Of a stretch of 64,000 nt of DNA, positions 1-7,795 are shown one piece after another (the first letter of the stretch is position 1; each line of letters starts with the position of its first letter). This DNA is from a virus: positions 1 through 64,000 of IMG/VR virus record IMGVR_UViG_3300044640_000597, one strand, 5' to 3'. Below the pieces are notes generated by a model. That model was not told where the DNA came from. It did not search any database and saw only the letters and a program-made list of their open reading frames with translations. A program made the translations under genes and the position numbers.

Positions 1-4
1 GCAA

Positions 5-1678
5 TTGAACAGGGTATTAAACAATGAGGATATCGTCAAGATATTCCACAATGCAAAGTTTGATTACAAGTTCATTAAGCACTATCTTAAGATAGATACT
101 GTAAACATTCATGATACATACCTATGCGAAAAGATTTTACACTGTGGGAAAACTGATTACGGATTTGGACTGGCTAAGCTTGTCAAGAGGTATCTTGATA
201 AAGAGTTAGATAAGTCTGTGCGTAATAGGTTCACTCAAACATCTTCAACACCATTTACTGATGAACAGATTATCTATGGTGCTAAGGACGTTGAATATCT
301 AATAGACATTTACTTTCAACAAGTAGATCTATTAAAGCTTCAGACTCTAACCAATGTAGCTAAGCTAGAGAATCAAGCTGTTGTTGTATTCTCTGAGATT
401 GAGTACAATGGATTAGAGATTGACACCATTCAATGGAAGAAACTAGCTGATAGGAATAAGCAAGAAAGTTTCCTTTTAGGGAAACAATTAGACACGAGTC
501 TTTTATCCTATTCAGAGTTCGAAATATACAGAGCGAAGAAACAGCTAGACTTATTCTTAGATGAGTCAGAGTTAAAGGATTCAACAGTTAACTGGGATAG
601 CCCAAGCCAAGTGCTTAAGATATTCCAGACTCTATTCCCTAAGATTGAGGATGTAAATGGTAAGAAGCTAGCTCCTTATCGTTACAAGCATCCATTGATT
701 GATGAGTATATCAAGTACAAGGAGAAGAGTAAACTAGCATCAGCATTCGGGACAAACTTTAACAGCTATATTAGTTGTGATGGTAAGGTGCATACTAACT
801 TTCAACAGATACTAGACACAGGTCGTGTGTCATCTAGTGAACCTAATATGCAGCAGATACCAGCAACTAATGAGTATCGTAATTGCTTTGTATGTCCAAC
901 AGGATGGGTGTTTGTATCCTCTGACTATAGCTCACAGGAGTTGAATGTAATTGCTTACGGTTCTGGAGATCCAGTCTTCCTCAAGTCACTACGTAATAAC
1001 GAAGACTTACACTCTGTATGTGCTGAGTTAGTATTCGGACCAGTGTGGAAGAATGCAGCAGAGCATGACTGTGCTTACTATCAGTATACACAGAAGTGTG
1101 AATGCAAGGAACACAAGAAGCTTAGGACACAGGTTAAGACAATCAACTTCGGATTGGCTTATGGAATGGGGCCTAAGAAGTTATCTGAGACTATTAACTG
1201 TTCAATGACTGAAGCAAAGGAATTGATTGATAAGTATTTCAAAGCTTTCCCTGCTATTAAAAGATTCCTTGAGGATCAGGGTGAGTTTGGAAAGAGGTAC
1301 GGGTTTGTTACTACGTTCTTCCCATTTTATAGGAAGAGATGGTTCGATACCTGGACCCCAAAAATGTACGGAGATAGAGACAGCTTTATGGAGCTTGGAT
1401 CTATTGAGAGAGCATCTAAGAATACCCCAATTCAGGGTAGTTCAGCAGATATGACTAAGTTAGCACTTGTTTATCTTTACAAGCGAATCAAGAAGCATAA
1501 CTATCCTGTTAAGATAGTAATGACTGTTCATGATCAGATAGATACCATTTGCCCTGAGTATTTTGCAGAGGAATGGAAAGTCTATATGACCGAAGAGATG
1601 GAGAATGCTGCTAATAAAATCATACGTAACGGACTACTAAAAGCAGAAACATCAATAACTAAAGTATGGAGTAAGTAA
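5..1678 (+). CDS. polA: Family A DNA polymerase (5'-truncated by window edge)
   Basis: 3'-5' exonuclease motifs FHNAKFD and YGAKDV; TGRVSSSEPNMQQIP; motif A DYSSQEL; motif B RTQVKTINFGLAYG; motif C VHDQ. Confidence 0.97.
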   Translation: MNRVLNNEDIVKIFHNAKFDYKFIKHYLKIDTVNIHDTYLCEKILHCGKTDYGFGLAKLVKRYLDKELDKSVRNRFTQTSSTPFTDEQIIYGAKDVEYLIDIYFQQVDLLKLQTLTNVAKLENQAVVVFSEIEYNGLEIDTIQWKKLADRNKQESFLLGKQLDTSLLSYSEFEIYRAKKQLDLFLDESELKDSTVNWDSPSQVLKIFQTLFPKIEDVNGKKLAPYRYKHPLIDEYIKYKEKSKLASAFGTNFNSYISCDGKVHTNFQQILDTGRVSSSEPNMQQIPATNEYRNCFVCPTGWVFVSSDYSSQELNVIAYGSGDPVFLKSLRNNEDLHSVCAELVFGPVWKNAAEHDCAYYQYTQKCECKEHKKLRTQVKTINFGLAYGMGPKKLSETINCSMTEAKELIDKYFKAFPAIKRFLEDQGEFGKRYGFVTTFFPFYRKRWFDTWTPKMYGDRDSFMELGSIERASKNTPIQGSSADMTKLALVYLYKRIKKHNYPVKIVMTVHDQIDTICPEYFAEEWKVYMTEEMENAANKIIRNGLLKAETSITKVWSK

Positions 1679-1679
1679 C

Positions 1680-2030
1680 ATGACACAACAAGAGCAAATC
1701 AAAGTACTTAACCTACTGATGTGGTTACAAGTATCAGTGTATGCGTCAGATGAATGTGAGCCAATCAAATGGTTCTTCAATCATAAGACTAAGCAATCAC
1801 TGAAACAAGCTGTTGATGCTATTAATAAGGAGCATGGTAATACTATTAAAGCTATATGGGATGCAGATGGAGTTCAAATGCCTTTGGTAACAGAGGTAAT
1901 GGACAAGTTTGCTAAACTAGTAGCTGATTTAGATTACTATAAACTCCCTGATATTGTCTTACTGCTACAACTATACAACGAGGGTAAACTAGACACATTA
2001 TTAAATCAAAAACTACAAGAACATGAGTAA
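1680..2030 (+). CDS. Hypothetical protein
   Basis: 116-aa ORF tightly packed after polA. Confidence 0.7.
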   Translation: MTQQEQIKVLNLLMWLQVSVYASDECEPIKWFFNHKTKQSLKQAVDAINKEHGNTIKAIWDADGVQMPLVTEVMDKFAKLVADLDYYKLPDIVLLLQLYNEGKLDTLLNQKLQEHE

Positions 2031-2307
2031 TTATCCGTTAGGGGCAGAGCATGACCCAAGAGCTCCCTGGAATGATAAAGGGATTAGTGGTATGTGTGTA
2101 AATTGTGATATTGACCAGCTAAAAGAGATTGCTAGAGATAGTGCTGATGAGAGAGCATACGAGTGGAATAAGTATAAGTCTAAGGATGAAGACGAAGCCA
2201 CTCAAGATGATTTCTATGATGAATGTCTTGAAAAGACTCTCAGTGAAGCTAGTGAATGTAGACAATGCTATTTTGAAAACTATGACGATTGGAGGGAAGA
2301 AGTATGA
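2023..2307 (+). CDS. Small acidic protein with two CxxC pairs (putative Zn finger)
   Basis: MSNYPLGAEHDPRAPWN N-terminus, CVNC and CRQC; overlaps both neighbours. Confidence 0.75.
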   Translation: MSNYPLGAEHDPRAPWNDKGISGMCVNCDIDQLKEIARDSADERAYEWNKYKSKDEDEATQDDFYDECLEKTLSEASECRQCYFENYDDWREEV

Positions 2308-2600
2308 TAGTAGATTCAAACAAAATAGTAAAGCATTTGATTAACAAGATGTTTGAGTATGCTCATATACCACAGACTTACGATGATATAAAAGATCGTA
2401 AAGATGAGTGGTATCAAGAGTATACAATGACTCAAGCACAATCAAATGCATTCAAGGATTATGCTATTCGTTATCTAAAGAGAGAACTTAAGTCAAGCTA
2501 TTACAAGGCTGACACAGAGTATCAATGGTTTGATCTCATGTGGGGACTTAAGATTTCAGATTTAGATAAGAATGATACCTTTGAAGATTTAGAAGAGTAA
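2304..2600 (+). CDS. Hypothetical protein
   Basis: ATG at 2304 in an ATGA overlap with the upstream stop; GGAGG at 2291. Confidence 0.75.
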   Translation: MIVDSNKIVKHLINKMFEYAHIPQTYDDIKDRKDEWYQEYTMTQAQSNAFKDYAIRYLKRELKSSYYKADTEYQWFDLMWGLKISDLDKNDTFEDLEE

Positions 2601-2606
2601 TTACAA

Positions 2607-2687
2607 TGTGTTGTTCCCTTGAGAAAGGATGGATGAGTGCGGTTCCTTTGGTTCTAAAACTCACAACACAGAGGGGTTCTCTCCCTC
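2607..2687 (+). ncRNA. Putative structured RNA (multi-stem, possible kissing loop)
   Basis: TGTGTTGT 2607-14/ACAACACA 2663-70; CCT/AGG hairpin with loop TGAGAA; GAGT/ACTC; GAGGG/CCCTC hairpin whose loop TTCTC complements GAGAA. Confidence 0.55.
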
Positions 2688-2693
2688 AAACAT

Positions 2694-2801
2694 AGTCAGG
2701 TGGCGAAATTGGTAGACGCATTGAGGAATCTAAACTTGGTAACATTTGTTAGATTTAATAGTAATCCTCCTTCCTTACAGGTTCGAATCCTGTCCTGACT
2801 G
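2694..2801 (+). ncRNA. tRNA-like element 1 (no canonical anticodon arm)
   Basis: Acceptor AGTCAGG/CCTGACT, Leu-type D arm GCGAAATTGGTAGACGC, T arm ACAGG-TTCGAAT-CCTGT; about 57-nt structured middle. Confidence 0.8.
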
Positions 2802-2822
2802 CAAACATTTAAATAAATCAAT

Positions 2823-3008
2823 ATGGGATTCTTTACAAATATTGTTAGTGCGACAATCAAAACAGCACTTACGCCAATAGCAATCGTAAAAGATGCAGTA
2901 AATATCGCGACAGGCAATGAGGTAGATTCCACTAAGGAACTTTTGCAATCAGCCACAGAAGATGTAGCTGATGCTTTTGACGAATTAGGTGACGGTGAAG
3001 TTCTTTAA
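2823..3008 (+). CDS. Small phage protein (61 aa) between two tRNA-like elements
   Basis: A-rich leader, amphipathic N-terminus MGFFTNIVSATIKTALTPIAIVKD, acidic tail. Confidence 0.75.
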   Translation: MGFFTNIVSATIKTALTPIAIVKDAVNIATGNEVDSTKELLQSATEDVADAFDELGDGEVL

Positions 3009-3013
3009 GGTAT

Positions 3014-3106
3014 AGTCAGGTGGCGGAATGGTAGACGCTATACGTAGGTAACAACCGTTAATAAAGAGGGCGTGTTATCGTACAGGTTCGATTCCTGTCC
3101 TGACTA
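3014..3106 (+). ncRNA. tRNA-like element 2 (no canonical anticodon arm)
   Basis: Acceptor AGTCAGG/CCTGACT, D arm GCGGAATGGTAGACGC, T arm ACAGG-TTCGATT-CCTGT; about 43-nt middle. Confidence 0.8.
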
Positions 3107-3113
3107 CAGAAGG

Positions 3114-3166
3114 TGTCAACCCGAAACATTGAAAGAAAAAGTTGATGACGGCTCGGAAAGACGAGC
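3114..3166 (+). ncRNA. Putative two-hairpin structured RNA
   Basis: TCAAC 3116-20/GTTGA 3141-45, then GCTCG-GAAAGA-CGAGC 3151-66; no U-tract; fills the gap between tRNA-like elements. Confidence 0.45.
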
Positions 3167-3171
3167 AACAT

Positions 3172-3281
3172 GGTCATATGGCAGAGTGGCTTAATGCTGA
3201 GCATACATAGAGTGGATGGGTGGTTTGTATGGAACCGACATTGTACCCATTTGCCCACAGGTTCGACTCCTGTTGTGACTA
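3172..3281 (+). ncRNA. tRNA-like element 3 (no canonical anticodon arm)
   Basis: Acceptor GGTCATA/TGTGACT, D arm GCAGAGTGGCTTAATGC, T arm ACAGG-TTCGACT-CCTGT; middle stem GTGGATGGGT/ACCCATTTGC. Confidence 0.75.
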
Positions 3282-3286
3282 CAAAT

Positions 3287-3360
3287 GCCCCCATAGCTCA
3301 GTTGGATAGAGCAACAGATTTCTAATCTGTGGGCCTCAGGTTCGAATCCTGATGGGGGTA
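3287..3360 (+). tRNA. tRNA-Arg(TCT)
   Basis: Full cloverleaf: GCCCCCA/TGGGGGT, GCTC/GAGC, ACAGA-TTTCTAA-TCTGT (anticodon 3321-3323), TCAGG-TTCGAAT-CCTGA; CCA not encoded. Confidence 0.96.
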
Positions 3361-3380
3361 CTAATCAAATTTAATTAACT

Positions 3381-3473
3381 ATGTTTACTTTATTAGCTAC
3401 AGTAGTGGGCTGCTTGATAGCACATGCCCTTTATGATCTTTACAAACAAACTAAAAACAATTCTAATTATTAA
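3381..3473 (+). CDS. 30-aa hydrophobic peptide (not in ORF track)
   Basis: MFTLLATVVGCLIAHALYDLYKQTKNNSNY after an A/T-rich leader; abuts the next ORF. Confidence 0.5.
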   Translation: MFTLLATVVGCLIAHALYDLYKQTKNNSNY

Positions 3474-3475
3474 CT

Positions 3476-3655
3476 ATGGAAGAACTAACTCTAGAACAAG
3501 AGATAGAAGTTATTGCCCTACGTGTAGAACGTAGAAGACTTCTAGCAGAAGAGCCAACAGATGACCCAGGAATGAAATCAAATCTAAAGAGACGTATTTG
3601 TGTCAGTGGAAGGCTTTTCGAATTAACACGTAATCCAATCTATATTCACTTTTAA
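3476..3655 (+). CDS. Hypothetical 59-aa protein (not in ORF track)
   Basis: MEELTLEQEIEVIALRVERRR...NPIYIHF; fills the gap and has an A/T-rich leader. Confidence 0.65.
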   Translation: MEELTLEQEIEVIALRVERRRLLAEEPTDDPGMKSNLKRRICVSGRLFELTRNPIYIHF

Positions 3656-3666
3656 ATTTTAATCAA

Positions 3667-3945
3667 ATGTTAGTAGCAAGTATTTTATCAGTAGGTGCAC
3701 TAGTTGCATTTTTCTTTTATCACAGGTACATAATCACAAAGCTTGAGTATTCGTTGCTGAATATCGAAGCTGAACTTGATTATATGGAAGATGTAATGCA
3801 AACTGTGAGACTCCACATTGCTGAGATAGAGGTTAACCAGATTCGTAGAAGCAAGACGGTTCCTGCTAAGATGTCTGGTAAAAAGCGTGGCCGTCCTGTT
3901 AATCCTAACAGTGTTCGTCAGAAGAAACTGAAGGGAGGTAAGTAA
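3667..3945 (+). CDS. Membrane-anchored coiled-coil protein with C-terminal AT-hook-like motif
   Basis: N-terminal hydrophobic helix; KKRGRPVNPNSVRQKK. Confidence 0.7.
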   Translation: MLVASILSVGALVAFFFYHRYIITKLEYSLLNIEAELDYMEDVMQTVRLHIAEIEVNQIRRSKTVPAKMSGKKRGRPVNPNSVRQKKLKGGK

Positions 3946-4385
3946 TGGAGAATGACGATGAGGTATCAGAAGCTCTGCTAAAAATAGTAGAGCTGAAGAC
4001 TGGTATTCCCAGAGCAGAAATCTTTGAGAGTAATCGTAAGAGAAAGTTTGTAATGGCTCGTTGTCTTTACGTCAATCTAATGCACATCTTCACAGACTTG
4101 TCTGAGACAGAGATAAGCAAGAAGATTGAAAAGGACAGAGCTACTGTGTATCACATGTATAAGGTTCATGATGACCTTATATCTGTTGATAAGAACTACA
4201 TTAAAATGTTTGAGGAATGCTCAGACAAGTATGTAGCTATGGTGTGTACTGCTAAGTACATGCTTATAGATCCTGCTATCCTTATGGAGAGGGTAAGAAG
4301 AGCTGAGCTAGAGATTAAAGAGCTCAAAGATTTATTAACTATGAGATTATCTATTCAATCTAATGACGAACTTGTTACAGGTTAA
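3945..4385 (+). CDS. DnaA C-terminal (domain IV) HTH-like DNA-binding protein
   Basis: SNRKRKFVMAR...TDLSETEISKKIEKDRATVYH matches the DnaA domain IV pattern (SRKRxxVxARQ...TxxSLxEIG...RDHTTV). Confidence 0.8.
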   Translation: MENDDEVSEALLKIVELKTGIPRAEIFESNRKRKFVMARCLYVNLMHIFTDLSETEISKKIEKDRATVYHMYKVHDDLISVDKNYIKMFEECSDKYVAMVCTAKYMLIDPAILMERVRRAELEIKELKDLLTMRLSIQSNDELVTG

Positions 4386-5556
4386 AGACACAGAACAACG
4401 TACAGCTTTAAGGTCATGGGCCAAAGCAGGGTATAGAGGTTCTGTTATTGCAGGTACAGGCTTCGGTAAGAGTAGAGTTGGAATCATGGCAGTCGGAGAG
4501 CTTCTTCGAAGGAATGAGGGTAAGGGACTAGTATTAGTCCCAACCAATCAGCTTCAAGATCAGTTCAAAGATGAGTTTGGGAAGTGGGGTTATGACGATG
4601 TACTTGATAGGGTAGATATTCTATGCTATCAGTCAGCATGTAAATTATCTGGGGAGACTTATACAGTAACCGTAGCAGATGAGGTACATCTTGGGCTCAG
4701 TCCTATCTATCGTACAATCTTCACTGACAACACTCATAAGATGCTGCTATGCATGACTGCTACTCTGCCAGAGGAACCTGATTATCGTACTCTCTTAGTT
4801 AACCTTGCTCCCCCAGTCTATACAATAACTCTTGACGAGTGTGTGGCCAAAGGATTGGTTGCCCCTTACAAGATTAATTGTATAGCTGTGGAGCTAACTG
4901 ACGAAGAGAGGAAGGACTACAAGACAGCTAATAACATGTTTGTACACTATAAGTACAAGCTTGGACAGTTTGATTCCTTTAACAGGGCTAATCAAATCTT
5001 AGCTAATCCTTCGACTTCTAGTCCTGAGGATAAGAAGAATGCTGCTATGTTCTACAAGGCTATCAGAGATCGTAAAGAGATAGTCCAAAAGGCTCATAAC
5101 AAAATTCTTTATACTGCTCAGATAGCTAAAGCTTTTCCTGATAAGAAGATACTAACCTTCGGGGGTAGTAATGAGTTTACTGATTCTATGCACGAGGCAA
5201 TTGCAAATGAAGGCATCCCTGCAGCTAGATATCATTCTAAACTCAAGAAGAAGGAAAAGGATGCAGCTCTCAAGGACTTTAAAGACAGTACTGTAAAGGT
5301 GCTGTGCTCTACAAAGGCCTTGAATCAAGGGTTTGATGTGCATGATGCTAACCTTGGTATTATCTGTGGCCTTGACTCAAAGGCACTGCAGATGATTCAA
5401 AGGGTCGGTCGTCTTCTCAGATTGTCTGATAAAGACAAGGTGGGTGAGGTGATTATTCTCTATGTGAAGGACAGTCAAGAGGAAAAATGGCTGCAAAATG
5501 CCATCAAAAATTTATCTAACATCAGTTGGATTGATGGAATTTCTTCTTATATTTGA
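4363..5556 (+). CDS. Superfamily 2 DExH helicase (XPB/UvsW-like)
   Basis: GTGFGKS, DEVH, MTAT, QGFD, QRVGRLLR. Confidence 0.93.
   Translation: MTNLLQVKDTEQRTALRSWAKAGYRGSVIAGTGFGKSRVGIMAVGELLRRNEGKGLVLVPTNQLQDQFKDEFGKWGYDDVLDRVDILCYQSACKLSGETYTVTVADEVHLGLSPIYRTIFTDNTHKMLLCMTATLPEEPDYRTLLVNLAPPVYTITLDECVAKGLVAPYKINCIAVELTDEERKDYKTANNMFVHYKYKLGQFDSFNRANQILANPSTSSPEDKKNAAMFYKAIRDRKEIVQKAHNKILYTAQIAKAFPDKKILTFGGSNEFTDSMHEAIANEGIPAARYHSKLKKKEKDAALKDFKDSTVKVLCSTKALNQGFDVHDANLGIICGLDSKALQMIQRVGRLLRLSDKDKVGEVIILYVKDSQEEKWLQNAIKNLSNISWIDGISSYI
5526..5555 (+). promoter_or_regulatory. Bacteroidota-type primary-sigma promoter
   Basis: -7 box TATATTTG 5548-55 (TAnnTTTG); TTG 19 nt upstream. Confidence 0.55.
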
Positions 5557-5592
5557 AAACGATTCAGTATAGACAGTATAACAGAAATCTTT

Positions 5593-6141
5593 ATGATCAT
5601 AGAACTTGATACTGAAAGGCTTGCTAATCTTGGGGTTTCCCCGAATGAGTATGTTTACTTGCTACTGCTGAGTCGTAAAGAAATTGATCCTAGTTTAAAG
5701 TTAAATGTTGATTTAGAGTTATTGCAAACCAATGGGTGGATCAAAATCGGGGAGGATGACGATGTTACATTAAGGGATAAGTTTGATAGTTCTACTATCT
5801 CAGACTTCGATCAGATGTGGCATGGTCTCCTCTCCCGATTCCCCCTAAAGGTTATCAATCAAGGGACAGTGAGAATGCTAAGGGCTAAAGATCCTGACTC
5901 TAAAGCTAATTCCAAATCCAAGGCTAAGTACAAGAAGATTGTGGGAACTGATAAGGAGAAGCACGATAGGATTATCGAGTGCCTTAACAGGGAACTAGAC
6001 TTTCGTAGGAAAGGTAATGGCCTAGGCTATATGCAGATGCTTGACACATGGATTAATAATCACAGTTGGGAAAAGTACACAGACACAAATGACACAACAG
6101 AGCCTGAATCAAACACAGGACGAATCACAAGATCACTCTAA
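5593..6141 (+). CDS. Putative replication initiator/helicase partner
   Basis: wHTH-like N-terminus; C-terminal TWINNHSWEKY resembles phage replisome organisers; directly before the DnaB-like gene. Confidence 0.5.
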   Translation: MIIELDTERLANLGVSPNEYVYLLLLSRKEIDPSLKLNVDLELLQTNGWIKIGEDDDVTLRDKFDSSTISDFDQMWHGLLSRFPLKVINQGTVRMLRAKDPDSKANSKSKAKYKKIVGTDKEKHDRIIECLNRELDFRRKGNGLGYMQMLDTWINNHSWEKYTDTNDTTEPESNTGRITRSL

Positions 6142-7063
6142 CAACTTAGACGAGACTTTAAAAGAGTTTCGTCACATTTCAAAATCAGTAGACAAATCAA
6201 TCGAAGAGATCAAGCTTGCTAAGCTTGGTAATAGGATTGTCTTCCCTACTGGATGGGATAGGTTGAATAAGAATCTTCTTGGGGGTTTGCAGCCTGGGAA
6301 AATGTATGTAATTGCTGGGAGACCAGGTGTAGGGAAATCAGCTTTCTCTAACCAATTGGTCTTCGATCTTCTAGACAAGAACAAGGACAAGAAAATGATT
6401 CTCCTTTATTGGAGTTTCGAGATGCCAGACTATCAACAGATTATGAGGGCAGCAGCTAACGATGTTAAGCTGCAGTTCTCAGAGCTGTATAGTATCGAGT
6501 CCCCAATCTCTGACGAGAAGGTCAACGACTATGAGAAGGCAGTAGATAAGTATCGTAAGTACCCGATATTCTTCTGCTCTATTCCTCAGAACATGGTTAA
6601 GATTAAAGAGGTGAACAACAGGGTGAATTTAAAATTCCCAAACCACACAATAATCAACCTCTTCGACCACTCTAGACTTATTCTAGGGTCTGAGGATACA
6701 GAACTACAGAAGCTTAATCAGATATCTAAAACTTGTATGTGGCTGCAGGCTAGACTTGGGGTAATCAATATCCTATTGTCTCAGCTAAACAGGAACATCG
6801 AGCAAGAGTATCGTGCTAAGCAGCAGTATCAGCCACAGCTAACTGACCTATTCGGGGGTGACTCAATAGGCCAGGATGCTCACGTGGTTATGATGCTTCA
6901 ACGTCCATATGATTTATACGGGATAACAGATGCATACTGTGGTGAGAACCCAGTAGGCTTGCTTGCATGCCACGTAGAAAAGAATAGGGATGGCCAGCTA
7001 GGCATGATTCCTTACGAATCAGATCTGTCTACCTTCTCGATTAAAGAGAGACCAAAAAAGTAA
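6089..7063 (+). CDS. dnaB: DnaB-like replicative helicase (ATPase domain only)
   Basis: Walker A GRPGVGKS, SFEM, LSQLNR, DSIGQDAH, EKNRDG; ATG at 6089 preferred over TTG at 6041. Confidence 0.92.
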   Translation: MTQQSLNQTQDESQDHSNNLDETLKEFRHISKSVDKSIEEIKLAKLGNRIVFPTGWDRLNKNLLGGLQPGKMYVIAGRPGVGKSAFSNQLVFDLLDKNKDKKMILLYWSFEMPDYQQIMRAAANDVKLQFSELYSIESPISDEKVNDYEKAVDKYRKYPIFFCSIPQNMVKIKEVNNRVNLKFPNHTIINLFDHSRLILGSEDTELQKLNQISKTCMWLQARLGVINILLSQLNRNIEQEYRAKQQYQPQLTDLFGGDSIGQDAHVVMMLQRPYDLYGITDAYCGENPVGLLACHVEKNRDGQLGMIPYESDLSTFSIKERPKK

Positions 7064-7076
7064 ATTATTATTAACT

Positions 7077-7781
7077 ATGGAATTAGTATTGCCAACAGAG
7101 AAAGTACCAGTTGGAAGGAAAAGCCCACGACATATGATTATGTACGGGCCCCCAAAGATTGGTAAGACTACTGCAATTGCTAAGCTTGATGGGTGTTTAA
7201 TCATAGACCTGGAACAAGGATCTGACATGGTTGAAGCACTAAAGATCAAGGTAGCAAATCTTGCAGAGTTATCACAGGTAGGTAAAGCCATCATGCAGGC
7301 TAAGAAACCCTACAAGTACATAGCCATTGACACTATAACTCAGCTCGAGGTATGGTGTGAGTCAGAGGCTAAAGAATTGTACAGACAAACACCAATGGGT
7401 AAGAACTTCGATGCAGATAACAAAGGGTTATCAGTATTGTCTCTTCCTCAGGGTGCAGGCTATCTGTATTTGAGAATGGCTATTAAGAAATGGATGGACA
7501 GATTGGAGATGCTCTCTGATCATATCATCTATATCGGCCACCTCAAGGATAAGATGCTTGAGAAGAAAGGTAAGGAGGTGTCTGCTAAAGATCTCGACTT
7601 GACTGGTAAGATTAGAAACATTGCTTGCTCTAACTCGGATGCCATAGGCTACGTTTATAGAGATGGAAACAAGACAATGATTTCATTCGATTCTAGTGAA
7701 GAGATCACTGCAGGCTCTCGTTGTGAGCATTTAAAGGGTCAAGTTATGGAACTTGATTGGAGTAAAATTTATATTGACTAA
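7077..7781 (+). CDS. AAA_24/Sak4-like ATPase
   Basis: YGPPKIGKT, IIDLEQG, IAIDTIT, IGH; typical crAss replication gene. Confidence 0.85.
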   Translation: MELVLPTEKVPVGRKSPRHMIMYGPPKIGKTTAIAKLDGCLIIDLEQGSDMVEALKIKVANLAELSQVGKAIMQAKKPYKYIAIDTITQLEVWCESEAKELYRQTPMGKNFDADNKGLSVLSLPQGAGYLYLRMAIKKWMDRLEMLSDHIIYIGHLKDKMLEKKGKEVSAKDLDLTGKIRNIACSNSDAIGYVYRDGNKTMISFDSSEEITAGSRCEHLKGQVMELDWSKIYID

Positions 7782-7795
7782 ACACATTAAATCAA

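Noticed and set aside
2694-3281. tmRNA, CRISPR array or Y RNA interpretation of the tRNA-like repeats
   Set aside because: No G3-U70 pair or tag ORF and too short for tmRNA; spacing is irregular and there are no cas genes; acceptor ends are open rather than permuted as in YrlA
2696-3294. Minus-strand ORFs 2696-2956 and 3058-3294
   Set aside because: Antisense to the RNA elements and against the local transcription direction
3319-3325. Possible amber suppressor tRNA (CTA) and stop-codon recoding, as in some crAss-like phages
   Set aside because: The 7-nt loop TTTCTAA centres on TCT (Arg); multi-kb ORFs are intact in the standard code
3361-3400. HDV-like theta ribozyme downstream of the tRNA
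   Set aside because: The sequence is A/T-rich with no nested pseudoknot and reads as the leader of a small ORF
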